A stretch of DNA of 64,000 nucleotides from an uncultured delta proteobacterium (GTDB lineage: Bacteria > Myxococcota_A > UBA9160 > SZUA-336), in contig CAVPHD010000003.1 in the NCBI GenBank assembly GCA_963704165.1, forward strand, positions 128,001 to 192,000. The letters run 5' to 3'. Below, piece after piece: positions 54,958-62,642 of this stretch. The notes beneath the pieces are model-generated. The model saw only the letters and a program-made list of their open reading frames with translations, was not told the DNA's origin and did not search any database. The translations under genes were made by a program, and so were the position numbers. Position 1 is the stretch's first letter, and every line of letters starts with the position of its first letter.

Positions 54958-56598
54958 GTGCCGGAGAGCGATGTCGCGGAGCGACTCGAAGTGGAGCTGC
55001 ACTGCCCGGAGTGCGGTGCCGCGGTCGTGGTCGGAGTCTGGGATCAGTCGGCGGCCTGTGCGTACTGCGCGTCCCTCCTGGTCTGCGGGCGGCTCTTCGG
55101 CGAAGAGGTCTTCGTCGTCTCGAACGCGAGCTCCGGGGCGCTCGACGCAGCCGAGCTCTTGATCCGCTACGAGACCGAGAGCTACCGCAACATCCTGATC
55201 GGTCGGGCACGAAGCCAGGAAGGGGTGAGCCTCGATTTCCCCGGCGTGATCGAGGCACGCGTGGCGGCCTTCCGTGCGCGGCTCGAGGGCGAGCTCGAGC
55301 GGGTCGAGACGATCGACTTCCTCGTTCCCTACGAGCTGCACGAGCGAACGATCGTGCAGGCCGTGCTCGGTCGCCGCGGTGCCGCCAAGGAAAGCTTCCT
55401 GCAGTGCTTCCGAACCGAAGACCTGCGTCGGCGCTACGACGGAACCCGACTCAACCTTCGCGACCGCGGATTGAAGATCCGGGGCTCCCGGCTCGAGCTG
55501 CTGTCGGAAACGCATCGCGACCATGCGAGCGGTCGCCATCTCGAGCGCATAACGGCAGCACCGGGCCGGAAGACGATCGACCGATCCGGCCTTCGCCTCG
55601 ACGAGCAGGTGCAGGTGATCGCGCAGTTCGATGGCGTGGTGAGCGAACGCAATCTGCAAGTCTGGAAGCACATGAGCGTCGCGCGGATCCGCCGGCTCGG
55701 CGTGATCGAGAGCTATCTCGTCGACCGCCAGTTCGACACGATCGCGGGCAAGCTCACGCTGGCCGAGTCCAGCGTGTATCGCTCGCTCCCCGAGCGCCCG
55801 CTCGCCGAGGTGTTCGCGAAGCCGAGCCTGCGCGCGATCGCGTCGGAGTGCCCGAACTGCAGTGCGCACTTGGATCTTCCGGCGCGCGCGAAGATCGCGT
55901 TCTGCCCGACCTGCGCGCTCGGCATTCGCATCACGCCCGAGAGACTCGAGCCCTGCGCCTACGCATGGGGCGAGCCGCCCCGAGCGTCCGGCGCCGACGG
56001 CACGATCGGATTTCCGTTCTGGTCTCTGCCCTTCCGGCTGCGCGCGGGCGGGCGTGAATTCACCCGCATCTGGGACTGGCTCGAAGCGGTATCGCCACAG
56101 CCCGCGGCCGTGAGCTTTCGTGAGAACGATCCGGAGCAGAGCCGCCTCTTCATTCCAGCGCGCGCGAGCTTCGGAACCCGTGAGCTCGACGACGCGTTCG
56201 CCGCGCTCGCGGCGACCGCGACCTGGCGGCAGCCGAGCGTCCGCGTCGAGCGCGCCGAGCCCGCGGCCGAGATCCGGCTGCTCGACGTCGAACTCGAAGC
56301 CGACGAGGCCACCGCACTCGCGCGCTACGCGCTCGTGGCGCTCCATGACGCCCAGAGCACCCGGAGCCTGACCGGGCTTGGCTTCCGCGAGCTCGTCGCG
56401 AAGGCCGAGTTCGTGCCCGGGGAGCCCTCGCTGGCCGTGCTCCCGCTGCCCTTGCACGGCGGAAGCTGGATTCCGTGCCCCCCGAACGCCCCGGGCGAGC
56501 CCGCGCGGATGCCTCCGGGCATGCGGCCGGTGCCGCGCGAGCTGCTCGAGGACGATGGACGCATCTCGCGCTCCGCTCGTGCCTTCTCGCTGTCCTGA
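54958..56598 (+). CDS. Hypothetical protein with two zinc ribbons
   Basis: CPECG..CAYC at the N-terminus and CPNC..CPTC in the middle, followed by FPFW. Confidence 0.75.
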   Translation: MPESDVAERLEVELHCPECGAAVVVGVWDQSAACAYCASLLVCGRLFGEEVFVVSNASSGALDAAELLIRYETESYRNILIGRARSQEGVSLDFPGVIEARVAAFRARLEGELERVETIDFLVPYELHERTIVQAVLGRRGAAKESFLQCFRTEDLRRRYDGTRLNLRDRGLKIRGSRLELLSETHRDHASGRHLERITAAPGRKTIDRSGLRLDEQVQVIAQFDGVVSERNLQVWKHMSVARIRRLGVIESYLVDRQFDTIAGKLTLAESSVYRSLPERPLAEVFAKPSLRAIASECPNCSAHLDLPARAKIAFCPTCALGIRITPERLEPCAYAWGEPPRASGADGTIGFPFWSLPFRLRAGGREFTRIWDWLEAVSPQPAAVSFRENDPEQSRLFIPARASFGTRELDDAFAALAATATWRQPSVRVERAEPAAEIRLLDVELEADEATALARYALVALHDAQSTRSLTGLGFRELVAKAEFVPGEPSLAVLPLPLHGGSWIPCPPNAPGEPARMPPGMRPVPRELLEDDGRISRSARAFSLS

Positions 56599-56621
56599 CC
56601 GGACTCGCGGGGCCGCGGCGC

Positions 56622-56649
56622 TCAAGCGCGTTCGAGCCCGCGCCGAAGC
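56622..56649 (+). promoter_or_regulatory. Putative sigma28-like promoter (TCAA-N16-GCCGAAGC)
   Basis: Located in the intergenic gap upstream of ATG 56707; same spacing as the other copies. Confidence 0.5.
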
Positions 56650-56706
56650 ACCGGAGAGCGCGCGCGTCTGAACAACGCTGGCGCATGGGTGCACGGGAGG
56701 CCGGAG

Positions 56707-57195
56707 ATGACGAGAGTTCGCGAGACGATCCGAGAGCAGCGCAATGTGCTCGAGCGCCTGGTGGCGAGAATCCCCGGATTCCGTGGCTATCAGGACCGCG
56801 AGGCGCGGCGCGAGGCCGACAAGCTCCTGCGCGAATACGGCGCGGCGCGGCTCGAGCGCGTGCTTCGCGATCTGCACGAGGTCGCCGCGCGATCCGCGCT
56901 CGACGAGCTCGAGGGCCTGCACGAGCTCTCGAACGAGGTGGACAAGCTTCGCGCGGAGCTGCGCTTCGCCGATCGCGGCTACTCCGGGTTCTTCGACGAG
57001 GTGAAGCTCGACTCGATGTCGGCGCTCGACGCGGTCTACGAACGGGACGAGCGAATCGTCGAGCAGATCGAGCAGCTCTGCAGGGACGTGACGGATGTCG
57101 AATTCCAGGCCGCGTCGATGCGCGCGGTCGTAAAGAGGCTCGGGTTGGCGGTCGCCGATCGGCGCACCGCGATCCTGGGTCTCGGGTCGAGGTGA
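56707..57195 (+). CDS. Conserved all-helical hypothetical protein
   Basis: LERLVARIPGFRGYQDREARREADKLLRE, ADRGYSGFFD; GGAG-type RBS upstream. Confidence 0.8.
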   Translation: MTRVRETIREQRNVLERLVARIPGFRGYQDREARREADKLLREYGAARLERVLRDLHEVAARSALDELEGLHELSNEVDKLRAELRFADRGYSGFFDEVKLDSMSALDAVYERDERIVEQIEQLCRDVTDVEFQAASMRAVVKRLGLAVADRRTAILGLGSR

Positions 57196-57198
57196 GTG

Positions 57199-58256
57199 AT
57201 GTCGCAGTTCATCGAAGTCATCGAGTGTCTCGATAAGTCCCCCGAAACGATCGTGTCGAGATTCCCGGAACAGGGTTCGGGCGAGATCAAGGTCGGGGCA
57301 CAGCTGATCGTTCGCGAGAGTCAGGCCGCGGTCTTCTTCCGCGACGGCCGCGCCCTCGACACGTTCGGACCCGGACGCCACACCCTCAGCACGCTGAACG
57401 TTCCCCTGCTCACCAAGGCATTGTCCCTTCCGCTCGGCGGGAAGAGCCCCTTCCGGGCCGAGGTCTGCTTCACGAACCTGAAGACGTTCGTGAACCAGAA
57501 GTGGGGCACGATGGAGCCGATCCTGTTCCGCGACAGCGAGCTCCAGATGGTGCGTCTGCGCGCGTTCGGCATGTACTCGTTCCGGATCTCGAACCCGCAG
57601 GTCTTCTTGAACACGGTCGTCGGCACGCTGCCCGAGCTGCGCAGCCAGGCCGTCGAGGACTTCTTCCGAGGCTTCATCGTCACGGAGCTCGCGGACTACC
57701 TCGGTACGCATCTCTCGACGGTGCTCGACCTCGCCCAGTACTACGTCGAGCTCTCCGCGGGGGTCCAGGCGCGGCTGATCACGGACTTCGAGCGCTACGG
57801 CGTGACGCTCGCGGACTTCAAGATCATGTCGATCTCGCCACCGGATCACGTGCAGGAGATGATCGACAAGCGTGGAGGCATGGCGGCCGTCGGTTCGCTC
57901 GACGCGTTCGTTCGCTACCAGGCGGCCAATGCGCTCGAGAGAGCGTCGGGTGCGGGGGGCGGCGGCGGCGTGGACTCGCGGCCGCTGGCGTCGGTGCCGG
58001 CGCCGGCCTCGGTCTCGGTGCCGGAATGGCGGGCGTCGTCACGAACGCGCTCGGCGGCGGATCGACGGCGTCGACGACGCCTTGCGCGGCCTGCGGATCC
58101 GCAGTCGCCGCCGGTGCGAACTTCTGCTCACGCTGCGGCGTGCGGCAGGGCGCAGCCGCCTCGAGCTGTCCGAGCTGCCTCACGCAGAACGAAGCGGGCG
58201 CGCGGTTCTGCGCCGGCTGTGGAACGTCGCTCTCGGGCTCGACCGGCGGTACGTAG
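57199..58256 (+). CDS. SPFH/Band-7 (YdjI-like) protein with C-terminal double zinc ribbon; frameshift near 57975
   Basis: GAQLIVRESQAAVFFRDG, GPGRHTL.T.N.P, KWGT..PI.FRD, LRAFG.Y; Gly-rich GAGAGLGLGAGM then four CxxC in the second frame. Confidence 0.88.
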
Positions 58257-58274
58257 CCGCGCGACGAAGATCGC

Positions 58275-60866
58275 TCAGTGCGGGCTGCGGGCCTGAGGGC
58301 CGACGCCGCTCTCCGCATCGAAGAGCATGCGGACGATCCCCGCGTGCCCATGGGCGCTCGCCAGCGTCGCCGCGGTCATGCCGTTGGACGTTCGCGCGTT
58401 CGGCGCGGCGCCGTTCTGCAGCAGGTACTGGACGATCTCGTCGTGGCCAGCGGCGGACGCATGGATCAGCGGGGTCCAGCCGTTCTCGTCGCGGGTGTCG
58501 GGTGCCGCGCCTTTCGCGAGCAGCGAGCGCAGATACGACACGTGGCCGTCTCGCGCGGCCTTCACGAGCGCCTTGTTCGAATCGTCTCGGCGGCGGCCCG
58601 CGGGGTCGGTGTCGGTCGGCAGCAGCGCGGCGAGCATGAGCGGCGTCCGTCCGTCGAGCCCTGCCGCGTTCGCATCCGCGCCCTTCTCGAGCAGCAGCAG
58701 TGCGAGCTGGCCATGACCGGCGGCGGTGGCGTAGAGAAGCGGAGACCAGCCTTGGCGATCCGAGAGGTTCGGATCCGCTCCGCTCTTGAGTAGAGCGCGG
58801 GCGGCATCGATGTGGCCCTCACGAACGGACCGGATCAGCGCCGTCTGGCCGTCGTCCGCTACGTCGTTCAGGTTCGCGCCCGCGGCCTGCAGCGTGAAGA
58901 TCGCGCGCACACGGCCCTTCCAAGCCGCGTACATCAGCGCCGTCTGACCGGTCAGGCTGCGATCGTTCACGTTGGCGCCCGCCTTGATCAGCGCGTTCAC
59001 CGCTGCAGCACGACCGTTCATCGCCGCGAACATCAGCGGGGTCTGTCCGTTGCGCGTGCGGCCGTTGGGGTCGGCTCCCGTGCGCAGGAGTTCGGCCATC
59101 ACCTCGATGTGACCCTCGCGTGCGGCGAGGACGAGCGCAGGCAAGCTCTTTCGATCCTTGGCGTTTGGATCGGCACCCGATCTCAGAAGCGAACTCAGGG
59201 TATCGAGCTGACCCATCTGCGCGGCGCGCGTCAGCGCGAGATCGCCCTGGGCGCCTCGAATGCTCTGGCTCGGGTCGCGCTCTAGAAGCAGCTCGACGAT
59301 CGACGTGTGACCCTCGCGGGCCGCGCGCGCGAGTGCACTCTGGCCGGTCTCGACGCCCGTGCGCGGGTCGGCGCCGGCCTCGAGCAGCATCCGGACGATC
59401 GGCTCGACTCCGTTCGCGGCGGCGGTCATCAGCGGCGTCGTGCCTGCATTCGTCGGTCGGTTGACGTCGGCGCCCGCGATGATCAGCTCCCGGACAACGT
59501 CGGTGCGGCCTTCGCTGACCGCACGGAAGAGCGGCGTCTGTCCGGCGTTGGTCGACTCGTCGATGGTGGCACCCGCGTTGATCAGCGCGGTCACGATCGC
59601 GACCTCTCCGGCGCGCGCAGCTTCGCCGAGCGCCGTGTGGCCACCATGGCTGACGGCGTCGAGATCGACGCCCTTCTCGATCATCTGCCGCAGCAGCTTC
59701 AGGTCGCCTCTGCGCGAAGCCTCGACGAAGAGATCGCTCGCGGCTTGCAACTCCGGAATCAGGACCGCGGGATCGGTCTGTGAGACGTCCGCACCCGCCT
59801 GGCGGAGAACCGACACGATCTCGCGGTGTCCTTCGCGCGCGGCGCGCTCGACGGCGGTCTGCCCGGCAGCGTCGGCTGCGTCGACTTCCGCACCGCTCTC
59901 GAGGAGCTTGCTCACGGTCTCGCTTCGCCCGCGCTCGGCGGCGAGCAGGAGAGCCGTCTTTCCTTCGGCCGATCGGGCATTGACGTCGGCGCCCTTGGCC
60001 AGCAGCGCCGAGATCAGCGTGGACGTCGTCGGCTTTCCGATCACGATCAGGTCGGGCTGAGCCATCGCGACCAGCGTCGTACTCGGCTCCGGCCGCGGCA
60101 GCGCTTCGAGCGCCCCGAGCAGGCTGGCGATGTCGTTGTGTTTCCTGCGCGATGCGTGGTCGCGCGCAGTCCGTCCCTCGTCGTCGATCGCGTTCGCATC
60201 GGCCCCGGCTGCGAGAAGCGCGCCAACGGTGTAGGTGCGTCCGGAGCCGGCGGCTCTCATCAGCGCCGTCACTCCCTCCTCGGAGCGTTCGTCCACGCGA
60301 GCGCCGGCCTTGACCAACACCTCGACGATGCGCGTCTTCCCGCTCTCCGCGGCGCTCGCGAGCGGCGTCTCGCCGCGCTCGCTCCGCAAATTGGGGTCGG
60401 CATTCGATTCGAGGAGAAGCCGGGCCAGCGGCAGGCGGCCCTCCGATGCGGCGAGATGAAGCGCGCCGATTCCCTCGGTGTTCTGCGCGTTGACCCCGAC
60501 GCCCCTGGCGAGGAGTTGCCGGGCGACCTCGAGATGCCCCCGCTCGCTCGAACGCATCAGCGCCGTGAAGCCCTGAACGTCCGCCGCGTGCGGGTCGGCT
60601 CCGGCATCGAGCAAGAGCCGGACGATCTCGTTGGACCCGGCTCGCGAAGCGATGATGAGCGCCGTCGCACCATCGGCGCCGCACGATTCGGTTGGAGCCC
60701 CGTCGGCAAGGGCCTTCCCGACACCGAGCACGTTGCGGACCCGCGCGGCCTCGAGCAGGTGCGCAGCCGGCACCGATGCGCTCGCCGTCCCCTCGGTTCC
60801 GGCCGCCTCGGCATCGGGCGCCGACAGGACGCCGATCAGCACGAATGTCAGGAGCAGTCGAACCAT
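58275..60866 (-). CDS. Secreted ankyrin-repeat protein (~25 repeats)
   Basis: Signal peptide MVRLLLTFVLIGVLSAPDAEA; repeated GxTPL..AA..G....V..LL..GAD.N units. Confidence 0.92.
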   Translation of the reverse strand: MVRLLLTFVLIGVLSAPDAEAAGTEGTASASVPAAHLLEAARVRNVLGVGKALADGAPTESCGADGATALIIASRAGSNEIVRLLLDAGADPHAADVQGFTALMRSSERGHLEVARQLLARGVGVNAQNTEGIGALHLAASEGRLPLARLLLESNADPNLRSERGETPLASAAESGKTRIVEVLVKAGARVDERSEEGVTALMRAAGSGRTYTVGALLAAGADANAIDDEGRTARDHASRRKHNDIASLLGALEALPRPEPSTTLVAMAQPDLIVIGKPTTSTLISALLAKGADVNARSAEGKTALLLAAERGRSETVSKLLESGAEVDAADAAGQTAVERAAREGHREIVSVLRQAGADVSQTDPAVLIPELQAASDLFVEASRRGDLKLLRQMIEKGVDLDAVSHGGHTALGEAARAGEVAIVTALINAGATIDESTNAGQTPLFRAVSEGRTDVVRELIIAGADVNRPTNAGTTPLMTAAANGVEPIVRMLLEAGADPRTGVETGQSALARAAREGHTSIVELLLERDPSQSIRGAQGDLALTRAAQMGQLDTLSSLLRSGADPNAKDRKSLPALVLAAREGHIEVMAELLRTGADPNGRTRNGQTPLMFAAMNGRAAAVNALIKAGANVNDRSLTGQTALMYAAWKGRVRAIFTLQAAGANLNDVADDGQTALIRSVREGHIDAARALLKSGADPNLSDRQGWSPLLYATAAGHGQLALLLLEKGADANAAGLDGRTPLMLAALLPTDTDPAGRRRDDSNKALVKAARDGHVSYLRSLLAKGAAPDTRDENGWTPLIHASAAGHDEIVQYLLQNGAAPNARTSNGMTAATLASAHGHAGIVRMLFDAESGVGPQARSPH

Positions 60867-61245
60867 GTACCTACCCGCTCTCGAGGCGCCAGGATGCCGA
60901 GCGTACCCGCAGCGATCGATCCTGCCGATCATGGGATTGCTCGGGCGCAGCGACATCGTCTTGGAATTGCTCAGGAAACGCATACCTCGCGGCCAGCCAC
61001 CCGGCGCCGCTTCCCGACGATCGCGGCGCCATTCTATCTCGCGTAGGTCGAAGCCCACAATCCCCCAGATCCCACCGTTCTCTCGACTAGAGTGACCGAA
61101 CCGAGAGTTCGGTGGCGATGCGCCGTCGCAGCGACCTTCCGAATCCCGCCTGGCGCTCGGGATCTTCGACCCGACCTGCCTACCCGCTGCGCACGGCCGG
61201 GACCCGGGACTTGTCCGATGCCCTGGTCTCGGCGAGCCTGCCGGG

Positions 61246-61470
61246 ATGAAGAAGATCTCGATCCAGTACTGCGTACGCTGAAACTACCTGCCACGGGCCA
61301 CCAGTCTGGCGGCCGAGATCGAGCAGAAACACGGCATCCAGCCGACCCTGATCAAGGGCGACGGTGGCGTCTTCGAGGTCGTCGTCGATGGGCGTCTGGT
61401 CTTCTCGAAGAAGGAAGCCGGCCGCTTCCCGACGCACGAGGAGATCCTCGCGGCACTCGCCCAGTGCTGA
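61246..61470 (+). CDS. SelW/SelT/SelH (Rdx family) selenoprotein, 74 aa, Sec encoded by TGA 61279-61281
   Basis: Read manually: MKKISIQYCVR-U-NYLPRATSLAAEIEQKHGIQPTLIKGDGGVFEVVVDGRLVFSKKEAGRFPTHEEILAALAQC. Rdx motifs I.YCxxU, GxFEV, FSK..GRFP. Confidence 0.9.
61296..61314 (+). promoter_or_regulatory. Putative bacterial SECIS hairpin
   Basis: GGCC-A-CCA-[GTC]-TGG-C-GGCC stem-loop; the apical loop starts with G after a 22-nt spacer from the UGA. Confidence 0.65.
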
Positions 61471-61476
61471 ACCCGG

Positions 61477-61584
61477 CTAGTCGCGTTCGCGAAGGACGGC
61501 GACGAGGCCGAAAATCACGGGGATGAAGAGCACGCCGCAAGTCGCGGCGAACATGTACATCAGGTGAAAGGCGTTCTGCTCCAT
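61477..61584 (-). CDS. 35-aa single-pass membrane micro-protein
   Basis: MEQNAFHLMYMFAATCGVLFIPVIFGLVAVLRERD; purine-rich RBS AAGGAAGAGG; starts 20 nt after the OFOR beta stop. Confidence 0.6.
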   Translation of the reverse strand: MEQNAFHLMYMFAATCGVLFIPVIFGLVAVLRERD

Positions 61585-61604
61585 CGAGATCCTCTTCCTT
61601 CGTC

Positions 61605-62642
61605 CTATACGTCCCAGCGATCGCCGGAGTAGAGCAACTGTTCGAGTGAACCCTCCCCGCGCGACGCCAGCTCCGCAGTTCTCTGCGCAAGGGCCTGATC
61701 CTCGAACGTCGGCTCCGACACCGCGCGCAGCACACCGATCGGTGTCGGGAACTCGGGAGGCGTGCAGCGCGCGAGCAGCATCGCGAGTCCGGGGTCCGGA
61801 TTCGCCTCGTCGTGCACCACCTCGACGCCCCCGTCCTTCTCGCCGAGCTTGCCGACGTAGAGTCGCATCCGCGCGGTGTCGAGCTTCACGCACTTCTCGC
61901 CATCCTTGCCGAACACGAGCGGCTTGCCGTCCTCGAGCTCGAGCAGGTGCTCCGATTTCGTGTCGCGGTCCTTCAGGCTCTCGTAGGCGCCGTCGTTGAA
62001 GACCGGGCAGTTCTGGTAGATCTCGAGGAAGGCGCTGCCCTTGTGGGCCGCCATGCGCGCGATCATCTCCTGCAGGTGCTGGAGCTCCGTATCGACCGCG
62101 CGCGCGACGAAGGTCGCCTCGGCCCCGAGCGCGAGCGAGAGCGTGCGGAACGGCCGTGCGATCGAGCCCCCCGGCGAGGACTTGGTCTTCATGCCGATCT
62201 CGGAGGTCGGCGAGAACTGACCCTTGGTGAGCCCGTAGACCTTGTTGTTGAAGAGCAGGATCTTCAGATCCACGTTTCGCCGCAGCGTGTGGATGATGTG
62301 GTTTCCGCCGATCGAGAGCGCGTCTCCGTCCCCGGTCACGACCCAGATCGAGAGATCGGGTCGCGCGAGCCTGAGCCCGGTCGCAATCGCCGGCGCGCGC
62401 CCGTGAATCGTGTGAAACCCGTACGTGTCCATGTAGTACGGGAAGCGCGAGCTGCAGCCGATTCCGGAGATGAAGACGATCTTCTCCTTCGGGATGCCGA
62501 GCTGCGCCATCACTTTCTGCATCTGCGAGAGGATCGCGTAGTCACCGCAACCCGGGCACCAACGAACGCCTTGGTCGCTCTCGAAATCCCGCTTGCTCAG
62601 CTTCGCGGGAGCCTGGCCAAGATCGTTCTGCGCGACACTCAT
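61605..62642 (-). CDS. korB: 2-oxoacid:ferredoxin oxidoreductase beta subunit
   Basis: WCPGCGD, SGIGCSSR, HGRA, GDGD...NN TPP motif, YGLTKGQ.SPT, QNCPVFN. Substrate specificity not determined. Confidence 0.93.
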   Translation of the reverse strand: MSVAQNDLGQAPAKLSKRDFESDQGVRWCPGCGDYAILSQMQKVMAQLGIPKEKIVFISGIGCSSRFPYYMDTYGFHTIHGRAPAIATGLRLARPDLSIWVVTGDGDALSIGGNHIIHTLRRNVDLKILLFNNKVYGLTKGQFSPTSEIGMKTKSSPGGSIARPFRTLSLALGAEATFVARAVDTELQHLQEMIARMAAHKGSAFLEIYQNCPVFNDGAYESLKDRDTKSEHLLELEDGKPLVFGKDGEKCVKLDTARMRLYVGKLGEKDGGVEVVHDEANPDPGLAMLLARCTPPEFPTPIGVLRAVSEPTFEDQALAQRTAELASRGEGSLEQLLYSGDRWDV

